Shown: positions 1 through 10,232, counted from the stretch's first letter. The stretch is 64,000 nt of DNA from an uncultured Clostridia bacterium (GCA_946410595.1 CAMKAU010000002.1:1158-65157); one strand, 5' to 3'. The notes: generated by a model not told the origin, from the letters alone. Numbers and translations are program-made.

Positions 1-38
1 AGAAACGCGCTGATCAAAAGAGAAACCGTTTTTTTCAT
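1..38 (-). CDS. 5' end of an unidentified gene running off the left edge (MKKTVSLLISAF..., signal-peptide-like)
   Basis: ATG at 38..36 (minus strand) with AAGGAAAGGAA about 8 nt upstream. Only 12 codons are visible. Confidence 0.3.
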   Translation of the reverse strand, partial: MKKTVSLLISAF

Positions 39-230
39 GGCAAATTCCTTTCCTTAGATTTTTTGGCAGTTTCAGCATAACACACCAAAAAAGAAAAAGC
101 AAGAAAGACCGGGGGATTACCAAATAAAGCATAAAAAAACTATATTTTTCGTACGGAAACCGCGCGTTTTGCGAGCCGATCGCTTTTTTTCCCGCGCCGG
201 CGGGGCCGCCGCGATCGGTTTTTGAAAGGA

Positions 231-264
231 AAAAGCCCTTCTGCGCACAGCAAAAGGGCTTTTC
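231..264 (-). terminator. Intrinsic terminator after the topoisomerase B gene
   Basis: Stem aaaagccctt / aagggctttt (231-240 / 254-263), followed by a T-run on the minus strand, directly after the stop at 287. Confidence 0.6.
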
Positions 265-286
265 TCATTTTTTCCACTGCGACGCG

Positions 287-2290
287 TCAGATATCCGCGT
301 CCTTGATATAGAACTTGCCGTAGTCGGCGATATACTTTTTGCGGCCGGCGAGGTTGTCGCCGAGCAGAAGCTCGAAGATCTCGTCCGTCTCCTTCGCGTC
401 CGCCGGGGTGATCGCCACCAGGCGGCGGGTGGCGGGGTTCATCGTCGTCTCCCACATCATCTCCGGCTCGTTTTCGCCGAGACCTTTGGAGCGCTGGACC
501 GTCGCCTTCTGCTTGCCGAGTCCGGCGAGGATCTTATCCTTTTCCTCCTCGGTATAGGCAAAGAAGGTCTTATCCTTCGCGGTGATCTCAAAGAGCGGGG
601 ACTCCGCAATAAAGAGCTTGCCTTCCTTGATCAGCGTAGGCAGCAGCCGGTAGAACATGGTAAGAAGCAGCGTGCGGATCTGGAAGCCGTCCTCGTCCGC
701 GTCGGTGCAGATGATGATCTTCGACCACGCGAGGTCCTCCGGGCGGAAGCCGTCCTTCGTCTCCTTTGTTTTGCCTTTGATCTCGGCGCCGCAGCCGATC
801 ACGCGCAAAAGATCGACGATGATCTCGCTTTTGAGGATGCGGTCGTAGCCGACCTTGAGACAGTTGAGCGTTTTGCCGCGCACGGGGATGATCGCCTGGA
901 ACTCGGCGTCCCGCCCGAGCTTACAGGAGCTCATGGCGGAGTCGCCCTCCACGATATAAAGCTCCCGGACGTTTTTGTCCTTCGAGCGGCAGGAAACGAA
1001 CTTTTCCACCCGGTTTGCGGCGTCGTCGCTGCGCTTGCCGAGCGTCTTTTTGAAGTCGACGCGGCTCTTTTCCGCCTCCTCGCGGCTGCGTTTGTTGAGG
1101 AGCACGTTCTTCATGAAAAGCTCGGCGTCGGTGCGGTTTTCGAGGAAGTAGATCTCCAGCTGCCGGGCGAGGTATTCGGTGACCGCCTTCTGGATGAAGG
1201 GGTTGTTCACCGCTTTTTTGGTCTGGTTTTCGTACGAGGCGTCGGAGGAGAAGCTGTTGATCACGAGAACGAGCGACTCCTCGATATCCGAATAGGTGAC
1301 CTTCTGCTCGTTTTTGTTGTATTTGCCGGCGCTTTTGAGCGCCTTGTCGAGCGCGGAGGTAAAGGCGGCGCGGGCGGCGCGCTCGGTCGCTCCGCCGTGG
1401 TCAAGGGGGCTGGAGTTGTGGTAATACTCGATCGCGCTGACGCCGTTTGTCAGGCAGAAGGCGATCTCCGCGAGGACGTCGTAGTCCTCCATATCCTCGC
1501 GGTCGCGGCCGCGCATCTCGGTCCGGAAAAAGGTGGTGGCGGTCAGCGCGCGGTCGCCCGCCAGCTCCCCGACGTAATCGGTGATGCCGTTTTCGTAGAC
1601 GTATTCCGTCTCCTCAAAGCCGCCCTTTTCCTTCTCCACCCGCAGAATAAAGCGCAGCCCGGCGTTGACGACCGACTGGCGGTGGAGCATATCCGCAAAG
1701 TATTCGACCGGGATGTTGATGTCGGTGAAGACCTCGATATCCGGCTTCCAGCGGATGACGGTGCCGGTGCGGCGTTCCTTTTTTTCCAGCTCCCGCTCGG
1801 AAAGCTCCCCGACGGGAAAGCCCTTTTTGAAGTTCATCTCCCGCACGAAGGCGCCGTCGTAGGAGCGGACGCGCATATACTCCGACGCGTACTGGGTCGC
1901 GCACGCGCCGAGACCGTTGGTGCCGAGGGGGTACTTGTAGGGGCTGTCCTTGTCTTTGTTGTTGTATTTACCGCCGGCGTAGAGCTCGCAGAAGACGAGA
2001 TGCCAGTTCCAGTCCTGCTGCTTTTCGTTATATCCGAGCGGCACGCCGCGCCCGTTATCGTCCACCTCGATCGATTTGTCGGCGAACACCGTGACGGTGA
2101 TCTGCTTGCCGTAGCCGGCGCGGGCCTCGTCGATGGAGTTGGAGAGGATCTCGAAGACCGCGTGCTCGCAGCCCTCCAGCCCCTCCGTACCGAAGATAAC
2201 GGCCGGACGCTTGCGGACCCGGTCGGGTCCTTCCAGTTTTTCGATACTCGTATCGTTATATACGACCTTCGCTTTTTTCGCTTCTTCCAT
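287..2290 (-). CDS. Type IIA DNA topoisomerase subunit B (GyrB/ParE family)
   Basis: 667-aa ORF with a GHKL ATPase N-terminus (EILSNSIDEA, DDNGRGVP, GLGA), a TOPRIM region (YIVEGDSA, DADEDG) and a C-terminal tail. I cannot separate gyrB from parE by eye. Confidence 0.9.
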   Translation of the reverse strand: MEEAKKAKVVYNDTSIEKLEGPDRVRKRPAVIFGTEGLEGCEHAVFEILSNSIDEARAGYGKQITVTVFADKSIEVDDNGRGVPLGYNEKQQDWNWHLVFCELYAGGKYNNKDKDSPYKYPLGTNGLGACATQYASEYMRVRSYDGAFVREMNFKKGFPVGELSERELEKKERRTGTVIRWKPDIEVFTDINIPVEYFADMLHRQSVVNAGLRFILRVEKEKGGFEETEYVYENGITDYVGELAGDRALTATTFFRTEMRGRDREDMEDYDVLAEIAFCLTNGVSAIEYYHNSSPLDHGGATERAARAAFTSALDKALKSAGKYNKNEQKVTYSDIEESLVLVINSFSSDASYENQTKKAVNNPFIQKAVTEYLARQLEIYFLENRTDAELFMKNVLLNKRSREEAEKSRVDFKKTLGKRSDDAANRVEKFVSCRSKDKNVRELYIVEGDSAMSSCKLGRDAEFQAIIPVRGKTLNCLKVGYDRILKSEIIVDLLRVIGCGAEIKGKTKETKDGFRPEDLAWSKIIICTDADEDGFQIRTLLLTMFYRLLPTLIKEGKLFIAESPLFEITAKDKTFFAYTEEEKDKILAGLGKQKATVQRSKGLGENEPEMMWETTMNPATRRLVAITPADAKETDEIFELLLGDNLAGRKKYIADYGKFYIKDADI

Positions 2291-2397
2291 ATTCGTCCCT
2301 TCCGGATGGTTTTCCGTATTATTTTAGCACAGAGCGGTCCGTTTGTCAATTCTTTGCGGGACGCGTCCTTTTTTTGTCCCATCCCCTTCGTTTGCGG

Positions 2398-2426
2398 TTG
2401 CTTTTTCGCGTCGGCTTTGATAAAAT
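2398..2426 (+). promoter_or_regulatory. Sigma-A-like promoter with extended -10 for queG (probable leaderless transcript)
   Basis: TTGCTT (2398-2403), 17-nt spacer, TGaTAAAAT (-10 hexamer at 2421-2426). The ATG at 2433 lies 6 nt after the hexamer. Confidence 0.45.
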
Positions 2427-2432
2427 AGGGAT

Positions 2433-3323
2433 ATGAAACAACAACTTTCCGCTTTTTTCGAAAAAGAGCGTCTCTCCCTGTGGGGGGTCGCCCCGATGAC
2501 GCCCGACCTCCTCTCCTCGCCGGAGCGGCTGCGCCGCGCCCGTCTCTGTCTTGACGGCGGCGCCGCGGCGCCCGAGGGGGGCTTTTGCGTGCGCTCGCTT
2601 CTCGTGATCTGCGTTCCCTACTTTGCCGGGTACCCGGAGAACTTTTCCGCCTACGCGGCGGCGCCGGACTACCACGCCTACTGCGCGGGGCTTTTCTCCC
2701 GTCTGGAGCCGGTTTTGCGGGAGCTCCGGCCGCGGGCGAGCTTTGCCTTTTTCGCCGACAAGTCCCCCTTCCGCGAAACGCTTGCCGCCGAGCGGGCGGG
2801 GCTTGGCTCCTGCGGAGAAAACCACCTTTTTCTGACAAAGGACTACTCCTCCTTCGTCTTCCTCGGCGAGGCGGTAAGCGACCTTTCCCCGGAGGACTGG
2901 GGGCTGCCCCCGAGGACGGCGCCGGAGCTGTGTCTGCACTGCGGCGCCTGCCGCCGCGCCTGCCCCGGTTATTATGAAGGGGAAAACTTTGTCTGTCTCT
3001 CCGCCCTGACGCAGAAAAAGGGGACGCTCACCGAAGAGGAAAAGGACCGCCTCCGCCGCCTCGGCAGCGTGTGGGGGTGCGACGTTTGCCAAAGGGTCTG
3101 CCCCGTGACGAAAAACGCCGCAGCGCGCGGCACGCTGGAAACCCCGCTCGCCTACTTCCGGCGGGACCGGATCGAGCGGCTCGACTACCGCGCCCTCGCG
3201 GCGCTGGACGACGAGGCGTTCGCCCGCCGCGCCTTTGCCTGGCGGAAGCGGGAAACGGTCCTGCGCAATCTGGAGATCCTGTACGGTCCCGACGAGCGTG
3301 AAAAGGAGGAAACGCCATGCTGA
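2433..3323 (+). CDS. queG: Epoxyqueuosine reductase (QueG-like, two 4Fe-4S motifs)
   Basis: 296 aa with two ferredoxin-type motifs, CLHCGACRRACP and CDVCQRVCP, and a C-terminal helical tail. It overlaps addB by 7 nt. Confidence 0.7.
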   Translation: MKQQLSAFFEKERLSLWGVAPMTPDLLSSPERLRRARLCLDGGAAAPEGGFCVRSLLVICVPYFAGYPENFSAYAAAPDYHAYCAGLFSRLEPVLRELRPRASFAFFADKSPFRETLAAERAGLGSCGENHLFLTKDYSSFVFLGEAVSDLSPEDWGLPPRTAPELCLHCGACRRACPGYYEGENFVCLSALTQKKGTLTEEEKDRLRRLGSVWGCDVCQRVCPVTKNAAARGTLETPLAYFRRDRIERLDYRALAALDDEAFARRAFAWRKRETVLRNLEILYGPDEREKEETPC

Positions 3324-6300
3324 CGTTGCTCTGCGGTCTGCCCGGCAGCGGCAAAACGGAAACCTGCATCGCCCGCGCGCGGGAGGCGCTTTCCGCCGCG
3401 CCCGGCAAGGAAAAACGCATCTACTTTATCTGTCCCGAGCAGGAGACCGTCTCCGCCGAGGGGCGGATCCTCTCCTCCCTGCCCCCGCAAGCGCCGCTTT
3501 TTGTGGAAGTGGATAATTTTTCACGCCTTGCGAACGCGGTGTTCCGTTCGGTGGGGGGCGTTGCCCGTACGCACGCCGGGAAGAACCTGAAACGGGCGGT
3601 CATGTGGAGGGTGATGCAAAATCTTCCCTTCCCCGACAAGACCAGCCCCGAGCGCGTCAAGGAACGGCTTGGGGTGGTGGGGGAGTTCATCGACTCCGCC
3701 GTCTCCCCGGACAAGCTCTCCGCCGCCGCGCGTTCCCTTTCCGGCGACGGGCGGCTCTCCTCCCTTTTGGAGGAATACGCGCTGATCCTCTCGGCCTATA
3801 CCGCGCTGATGGAGGAGGCGGGCGGGGACGCCGGGCACGACGGGGATATCCTGATCTCCGTCCTGAAAACCCACGATTTTTTCCGCGGCTGCGAGATCTT
3901 TCTCGACGGCTTTACCAGCTTTACCGGGCAGGAGTACGCGATCATCGAACAGCTGCTGCGGCAGGCCGACTCGGTGACCGTTACCCTCGGCGGCTCTCCG
4001 CGGGGCGGCGGGATCTGGCTTGCCGAGATCCGCGACACGGCGGCGCGGCTGGAGGCGATCGCCGAGCGGCTCTCCGTCCCCGTCCGCGTCGAAACGCTTG
4101 GCGAAAACCGCCGGACGGAAAACCCCGTTTTGCGGCGGCTCTCCTCCTCGCTCTGGAACGCGGGGCGGGAGGCGGTCTTCCCGGACGATCCGGGGGAGGC
4201 GCTGCGCCTCGTACGCGCCGGAGACGAGCTGGCGGAAGCGGAGTTCCTTGCCGCGGATCTCGCGCGGCGGATCCGCGAGGAAGGGTGCCGCTACGCCGAT
4301 TTTGCGGTGGTGGTCCGCTCGCTTGACGCCTGGGAAGCGATCTTAGAGCCGGCGCTGCGGGAGCACGGGATCCCCGCCTTTTTCGCGCACGGCAGCAAGC
4401 TCGACGACCGACCCGCCGTCCGCTTTTTCCTCTCCGCCTGCGCCTGCGCGGCGCGGGGGTACCGCCGCGAGGACGTGAAGGCCCTGTTAAAATCCGGCTG
4501 TCTCCCCCTCTCCGACGACGACTGCGATCTCTATCTCTGCTACGCGAAGACCTGGTCGCTTACGCGGCGCGATCTCTTTTCCGGCGCGCCCTTTACGATG
4601 AGCGTCAACGGCTTCGAGGGGGACGGACGCGACCCCTACGCCGCCGATACGCTTGCCCGGATCAACGGGGTGCGGGAGCGCCTCTATTCCCTCCTCGCCC
4701 CCTTCGACGCCGCCCTCCGCCGGGATAAACTGACGGTGAAGGAGGCGGCGGAAGCGGCCTTTGCCCTTCTCTCCTCCTCCGGGGTACGGGGGAAGATGGA
4801 GGAGGAAGCCGCCCGTCTGCGCGCCGCCGGCGAAACGCGGGCGGCAAACGAGGAAGCGGGCGTGTGGAACGCGCTGCTCTCCGCCCTTGACACCGCGGTA
4901 CGCGCGGCGGGAGAGGAGACGGTCGACGCGCGCGGTTTTTCCGATCTGATGCGGCTGCTCCTCTCCGACTCCGACCTCTCCGCCATCCCGACCTCCTCCG
5001 ACGCCGTGACCGTCGGCTCCGCCGATACCCTCCGCGCCTCCGGCGTCCGGCACGTTTACCTGCTCGGCGTGCGGGAGGGAGAGTTCCCCGCCGCCGTCTC
5101 GGTCAAAGGGTTTTTCTCCGAGCGGGAAAAACGCCTGCTCGCCGACGCCGGCATCGAGCTGACGCGGGACGCGGCGATCCTGACCGCGCGGGAGTTCTAC
5201 TTTTTCTCCCGGGCGCTCTCCCTCGCCTCGGAGAGCGTGACGATGGTCTGCCATCTCACCGTCTCCAAGGAGGGGAACGCCGAGCGGGAGGCCGCCGCCT
5301 TTACACGGGCAAAGCGGCTCTTTCCCGCGGCGCGGCTCGTCGTTTACGACCCCGCCTCCCCCGCCTTTCTCTCCGACCGGCGCTCCGCGGAAAACTACCT
5401 CCTCCTGGCCGGGGAGGGAGCGCCGGACGCGGCCGCCGTACGCGCCGCTCTGGAAAAAACGGGCGACCCGGCGCCCCGTACGGAGATAACGCCGGACGCC
5501 TTCCTCTCCTCCTCCACGCGGGAAAGCTGTTTTCCGCGCGATCTCACGCTCTCTCAATCGCAGCTGGAAAGCTACGCGAACTGCCATTTTTCCTATCTGC
5601 TCCGCTATCTTTCCAAAGTCAAGGAAGACGCCCGGCCGGACCTTGCCGCCAACCACGCGGGGACCTACGTCCACGCCGTGCTGGAAAAGCTGGTCCCTGC
5701 GCTCTCCGAGGGGAAGATCCGCGAGGAGGAGATCCCCGGCGAGGTGCGCCGGCTCGGCCGGGAGCAGTTTGAGCGTCTCTGCCCGCCCGAGCGGCGGGAC
5801 GACGCGCTGCTGAAAATGAAGTTTACCCGTCTGACGGAGGGGGTGGCGCCGGTCGCGCGGCAGCTGGCGCGGGAGCTGTCGTCTTCCGCCTTTACCACCT
5901 TCGGAACGGAGATCCGCTTCGACGCCGCAAACGGACCCGCCCCCGCCGTTCTCCCCCTCTCCGGGGGCAGACGGGCGATCCTCTCCGGGACGGTCGACCG
6001 CGCGGACGTCCTCGCCGACGGCGCGGGCAACGTTTACGTCCGGGTGATCGACTACAAGACCGGACAGAAGACCTTTACCCTCTCCGACCTTGACCGGGGG
6101 CGCTCCCTCCAGCTCCCCCTCTATCTCTTTGCGCTCTGCGACGAGAAGAACGCCGGGCTCTTTTCCCGCGCCGGAAAAACGGAAAAGGGGAAGGTCCTCC
6201 CCGCCGGGATGCTCTACTGCATCGCAAAACCGCCGGAAAAGAAGAAGGCGCGCGCGCCGAGCGACGAAGAATACGAAACGCTCGAGCGTGAGGAAGTGGC

Positions 6301-6652
6301 GCTTTACGGCATCGTCCTCGCGGAAAAGCGGGTGCAGCAGGCGCTGGATCCCGTCTTTTTCTCCTCTTTTTCCGAAAAAGCGCAGAAAATGAGCCGGATG
6401 GATCCGAAAAACCGGAAACAGTTTACCCTCTCCGCCCCGGAGTTTAACGAGCTGCGGGACGCGGTGTGGGGAAAGATAAGCGAAATGGCGGAAAACCTGC
6501 TGACCGGCGACGTACGCGCCGCCGCCGACGGGCCGGACGGCCCGGAGTGCGATTTCTGCCCTTACGGCGCGGTCTGCCGCCTCCCGCTGACGGAGCGCGG
6601 ACAGAGCGAAAAGGAAGAAAAAACGGACGGAAAGGAGGAGAGCCATGAGTGA
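3317..6652 (+). CDS. addB: ATP-dependent helicase/nuclease AddAB, subunit B
   Basis: 1111 aa with an N-terminal Walker A (GLPGSGKTE), a RecB-type nuclease (IDYKTG) and a C-terminal Cys cluster (CHFSYL ... CDFCPYGAVC). Sits immediately upstream of addA. Confidence 0.9.
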   Translation: MLTLLCGLPGSGKTETCIARAREALSAAPGKEKRIYFICPEQETVSAEGRILSSLPPQAPLFVEVDNFSRLANAVFRSVGGVARTHAGKNLKRAVMWRVMQNLPFPDKTSPERVKERLGVVGEFIDSAVSPDKLSAAARSLSGDGRLSSLLEEYALILSAYTALMEEAGGDAGHDGDILISVLKTHDFFRGCEIFLDGFTSFTGQEYAIIEQLLRQADSVTVTLGGSPRGGGIWLAEIRDTAARLEAIAERLSVPVRVETLGENRRTENPVLRRLSSSLWNAGREAVFPDDPGEALRLVRAGDELAEAEFLAADLARRIREEGCRYADFAVVVRSLDAWEAILEPALREHGIPAFFAHGSKLDDRPAVRFFLSACACAARGYRREDVKALLKSGCLPLSDDDCDLYLCYAKTWSLTRRDLFSGAPFTMSVNGFEGDGRDPYAADTLARINGVRERLYSLLAPFDAALRRDKLTVKEAAEAAFALLSSSGVRGKMEEEAARLRAAGETRAANEEAGVWNALLSALDTAVRAAGEETVDARGFSDLMRLLLSDSDLSAIPTSSDAVTVGSADTLRASGVRHVYLLGVREGEFPAAVSVKGFFSEREKRLLADAGIELTRDAAILTAREFYFFSRALSLASESVTMVCHLTVSKEGNAEREAAAFTRAKRLFPAARLVVYDPASPAFLSDRRSAENYLLLAGEGAPDAAAVRAALEKTGDPAPRTEITPDAFLSSSTRESCFPRDLTLSQSQLESYANCHFSYLLRYLSKVKEDARPDLAANHAGTYVHAVLEKLVPALSEGKIREEEIPGEVRRLGREQFERLCPPERRDDALLKMKFTRLTEGVAPVARQLARELSSSAFTTFGTEIRFDAANGPAPAVLPLSGGRRAILSGTVDRADVLADGAGNVYVRVIDYKTGQKTFTLSDLDRGRSLQLPLYLFALCDEKNAGLFSRAGKTEKGKVLPAGMLYCIAKPPEKKKARAPSDEEYETLEREEVALYGIVLAEKRVQQALDPVFFSSFSEKAQKMSRMDPKNRKQFTLSAPEFNELRDAVWGKISEMAENLLTGDVRAAADGPDGPECDFCPYGAVCRLPLTERGQSEKEEKTDGKEESHE

Positions 6653-9600
6653 GGAAAGGATCTGGACCGCCGCGCAGAAAGAGGCGATCGCCGCCGCGGG
6701 CGATACCGTGGTCTGCGCCGCCGCCGGTTCCGGCAAGACCGCCGTGCTGACGGAGAATATCCTGCGCTATCTCACGGACGGCGACCGCCCCGGCTCCATC
6801 TCCCGCGTGCTGGCGGTGACCTATACCCGCGCGGCGGCGGCCCAGTTAAAGAGCCGTCTGCGCGCCGAGCTGGAAAAGCGGCTGGAAGCGGCCCCCGAAA
6901 ACGAGCATCTCGCGCGGCAGCTTCTCCTGCTCCCCTCCGCCTCGATCTCCACCATCGACAGCTTTTATCAGGATCTCTTGCGTTCGGAGAAGGACCGGAT
7001 CGGCCTCCCCGCCGCCCTCCGTCTGACCGACGGCGCGGAGATCGACCCCCTCCTCGACGAAACGCTGCTCTCCGAGGAGGCGCTCCGCTTTGAGAAAAAC
7101 GACACCGATTTCATCGCGCTGGTCGGCGTGTTCGCCAATTTCCGGGGGGAGCGAGAGTTCCTCCCCGCGATGCGATCCCTCTACACCGCGCTGCGCATCC
7201 TGCCGGAGGGATGCGCCCGTCTTGCCCGCTACGCCGAGGAAGCGGAAGCGGCGGACGGCGAGCTCTTCTTGACGGAAGCGGGCCGGATCCTCTCCGGCGC
7301 GCTCGCCTCGGACTGCCGGCTCTACCGCGCGCGTTTCGAGCGCGCGATGGAAGAGATGAACGGGGACCACCCCTACCGCAAGGCCGCCGAAGCGGAAACG
7401 GCGTTTCTCCGCGCGTTTGAATCCGCCCTCTCGGAAAGCTACGCCAAAGCGGCCGAAGCGCTGCGCTCCCGCTCTGTCGTGCCGCTTGGGAGCAAGCAGA
7501 AGGACGTTGACCCTTCTATGCGCGCGATCCTGAAAGATTTTATCGACGAATACCGCAAGACGGCCCTTTACTGGGCGGGATATTTTGTCCAGAGCGAAGC
7601 GGAGGCGCGGGAGACGGTCCGGCGCGGAACGGCGCTTACGCGCGCGCTGGCGGACTATCTCCTTGCCGTGGAAACGCGGATGGAAAAAGCAAAACGCGAG
7701 AGGGGGATCTGCGACTTTTCCGATATCGCCCACTACGTGCTGCGCATCCTCTACCGCGAGGACGGGTCGCTCAGCGACACGGCGCGTTCGGTCGCGGCGT
7801 GCTACGACCGGGTCTATATCGACGAGTATCAGGACGTCAACCCGATCCAGAAGAAGATCTTTGACGCCGTTACCCGCAAAAACCGCTTTATCGTCGGGGA
7901 CGTGAAGCAGTCGGTCTACGCCTTCCGGGGCGCGGACCCCTCGATCCTCGACTCGCTGCGCCGGGAGGCGGCGGACCCCGATAAGGGGATCTCCTCCGTC
8001 TTTATGGCGGAGAACTTCCGCAGCAGCGAAACGATCCTCGGCTTTGCCAACGCCGCCGTCGCCCCCCTCTTTGCCGGCGGCTCCTTCCTCTATACAAAAG
8101 AAGACGAGCTGGTCTTCGGCTCCGGCTCGGGCGCGCCGGACAAGGCGCGCGCCGCGGCCGTCCGGATCCTCGTGCGGTTCCGCGGCGAAAAACGGGCGGC
8201 CGACCGACAGATCGCCGAGGCGCGGACCGTGTGCGACGAGATTGAGCGCCTCGTCCGGGAGGAAAAAAAGGCGGACGGCTCCCCCTTTACCTGCGGGGAC
8301 GTGGCCGTGCTGTTCCGCAAAGATAAGTTTTCCCGCGCGCTCATCCGGGAGATGGAGGAGCGCTCCATTCCCTATACGACGCTGAAGCCGAAGCCCCTGT
8401 TTGAAAACCCGCACGTTTCCCTCGCCGTATCCTTATTTGAAACGGTCGACAACCCGATGCGGGACGTCCCGCTGGCGTCCGTCCTCCTTTCCCCGCTCTT
8501 TGCCTTCTCGGCGGACGAGTTTTTCCGTCTCTCGCAGGCGAAGCGTCCCACCCTCTGGGAAAAGCTGCGCGACAGGGGCGGGGAGGAAAGCCCGCTCGGC
8601 GAAAAGGCGAAACGCGCCGCCGAAACGCTCTCCGCCCTGCGCGAACGCGCCCGCCGCGCGCCGGTCGCCGTGTTTGCGCGTTCTCTCCTCTTTGACGCGG
8701 GAACGCGGGCGGCGCTGGCCGCCGCCTCGGACTCTCCGCCCGCCGCGGTCGGTTCCGATCTCGACGCCCTCTACCGGCTGGCCTGCTCCTATCCCGCCGA
8801 CGCGGGCAAGGGGCTTGGCGGTTTTGTGGAGTATCTGGAGCGGGAAAAAGCGAGCGGCCGCTCCCGCGAGCTCACCCTTCCCGACGAGAACAGCGTCCGC
8901 CTGATGACGATCCACGGCTCGAAAGGGCTGGAGTTCCCCGCCGTTTTCCTCATCCGGTGCGACGGAGACGGCGGCTCCGAAAAAAACAACCTCTTCTCCT
9001 TCTCCCTTTCCGCCGGGGCGGCGTCCGCCGTTCCCGACGAGCGGGGCTTTGTCAAAATCGAAAATCCGCTGCGGCTCGCGGTCGAGTTTGCCAACAAAAA
9101 GCAAAGCTCGGAGGAGGAAAAACGCCTGTTCTACGTGGCGCTCACCCGCGCAAAGGAACGTCTCTACCTTACCTCCGCCGCGACGGACAAGGTCCTCGAA
9201 AAGGCGGAAACGGAGCGGTTTTTCTACCCGCTTCCCTCCCCCGGTCTCTTTGATAACAAGATCCTCTGCGCCGCGACGGCGGCGCTCGCTCACCCCGACC
9301 TTGCAAAGATCTCTGTCGGGGGCGGGGAGACGGAGGAAGACCCCGTCCGCCCCGCCGCAAAAGCCCCCGTCCGCGCCACGGACGAGAACCTCGAGGAAAC
9401 GCTGACAAAGCGCCTCTCCTTTTCCTACCCCGACGCGTTCCTGACCCGGATCCCGGCAAAGCTCTCGGTCTCCGAGCTTTCCCCCTCCGTTCTCGACGAC
9501 GCTTCCCCCCTCCTCCCCGAAGCCGAGGGGCGCGATCCCGTCCTGCGACCCGACCAAACGGCGCTCGCCTTTGAGGACGCGCCCGCCTTTCTCTCCGGCG

Positions 9601-10169
9601 AGCAGAAGATCGGCGCGGCGGAAGCGGGCACGGCGACGCACCAGTTTTTGCAGTTCTGCCGGTTTGAACGCGCCGAAAAGACCGGCGCCGCGGAGGAAGG
9701 AAAACGCCTGCTTGACGACGGATTTCTCACCGAGCGGCAGCTCGGCGCTCTGCGCCTCGGGGAGCTGGACGCCTTCTTTGCCTCGCCGTTCTACGCGCGG
9801 CTCAAGGCGGGCCGGGATCTGCGCCGGGAGTTCCGCTTCAACTGTTTTCTCCCCGCGCGGATGCTGACGACCGATCCCGCGCTGAAAACCTCGCTCGGCG
9901 GGCGCGAGCTCGCCGTGCAGGGCGTGATCGACGGCTTTTTCCTCGAGGGGGAGGACGTGATCCTCTTCGACTACAAAACAGACCGTCTCCCCGCCGGCAC
10001 GACCGAAAAAGAAGCGGCGTCTCTCTTTTCCGAACGGTACGCCTGGCAGCTTTCCTGCTACGCCGCCGCCCTGCGCCGCATCTACGGCAGACCGGTTGCG
10101 GACGCCCTGATCTACTCGACCGCGCTCGGCCGCGCTTTTTCCCTCCGGGAGGCGCTGTCCGAAGCGTAA
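6645..10169 (+). CDS. addA: ATP-dependent helicase/nuclease AddAB, subunit A (UvrD/Rep-type helicase plus RecB nuclease)
   Basis: 1174 aa with AAAGSGKTAVL (Walker A), IDEYQDVNP, TIHGSKGLEFP and YVALTRAKE motifs, plus a C-terminal nuclease (VQGVIDG..FDYKTD). Overlaps addB by 8 nt. Confidence 0.92.
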   Translation: MSEERIWTAAQKEAIAAAGDTVVCAAAGSGKTAVLTENILRYLTDGDRPGSISRVLAVTYTRAAAAQLKSRLRAELEKRLEAAPENEHLARQLLLLPSASISTIDSFYQDLLRSEKDRIGLPAALRLTDGAEIDPLLDETLLSEEALRFEKNDTDFIALVGVFANFRGEREFLPAMRSLYTALRILPEGCARLARYAEEAEAADGELFLTEAGRILSGALASDCRLYRARFERAMEEMNGDHPYRKAAEAETAFLRAFESALSESYAKAAEALRSRSVVPLGSKQKDVDPSMRAILKDFIDEYRKTALYWAGYFVQSEAEARETVRRGTALTRALADYLLAVETRMEKAKRERGICDFSDIAHYVLRILYREDGSLSDTARSVAACYDRVYIDEYQDVNPIQKKIFDAVTRKNRFIVGDVKQSVYAFRGADPSILDSLRREAADPDKGISSVFMAENFRSSETILGFANAAVAPLFAGGSFLYTKEDELVFGSGSGAPDKARAAAVRILVRFRGEKRAADRQIAEARTVCDEIERLVREEKKADGSPFTCGDVAVLFRKDKFSRALIREMEERSIPYTTLKPKPLFENPHVSLAVSLFETVDNPMRDVPLASVLLSPLFAFSADEFFRLSQAKRPTLWEKLRDRGGEESPLGEKAKRAAETLSALRERARRAPVAVFARSLLFDAGTRAALAAASDSPPAAVGSDLDALYRLACSYPADAGKGLGGFVEYLEREKASGRSRELTLPDENSVRLMTIHGSKGLEFPAVFLIRCDGDGGSEKNNLFSFSLSAGAASAVPDERGFVKIENPLRLAVEFANKKQSSEEEKRLFYVALTRAKERLYLTSAATDKVLEKAETERFFYPLPSPGLFDNKILCAATAALAHPDLAKISVGGGETEEDPVRPAAKAPVRATDENLEETLTKRLSFSYPDAFLTRIPAKLSVSELSPSVLDDASPLLPEAEGRDPVLRPDQTALAFEDAPAFLSGEQKIGAAEAGTATHQFLQFCRFERAEKTGAAEEGKRLLDDGFLTERQLGALRLGELDAFFASPFYARLKAGRDLRREFRFNCFLPARMLTTDPALKTSLGGRELAVQGVIDGFFLEGEDVILFDYKTDRLPAGTTEKEAASLFSERYAWQLSCYAAALRRIYGRPVADALIYSTALGRAFSLREALSEA

Positions 10170-10196
10170 AGTCGCAGATTGTTTACAAAAAACACC

Positions 10197-10226
10197 TTGT
10201 AAAACGGGAAAACGCCGTTATATAAT
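10197..10226 (+). promoter_or_regulatory. Sigma-A-like promoter (probable leaderless transcript of the following gene)
   Basis: TTGTAA (10197-10202), 18-nt spacer, TATAAT (10221-10226). The ATG at 10233 lies 6 nt after the -10, and there is no SD. Confidence 0.5.
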
Positions 10227-10232
10227 AGCAGT

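Noticed and set aside
172-219. Hairpin ccgatcgc...gcgatcgg followed by a T-run on the plus strand
   Set aside because: The loop is about 30 nt and no plus-strand gene ends upstream within the window, so I cannot support it as a terminator.
4487-8414. 749-aa and 522-aa minus-strand ORFs inside addB/addA
   Set aside because: They are antisense to genes with clear helicase and nuclease motifs. They have no start context or recognisable domains.
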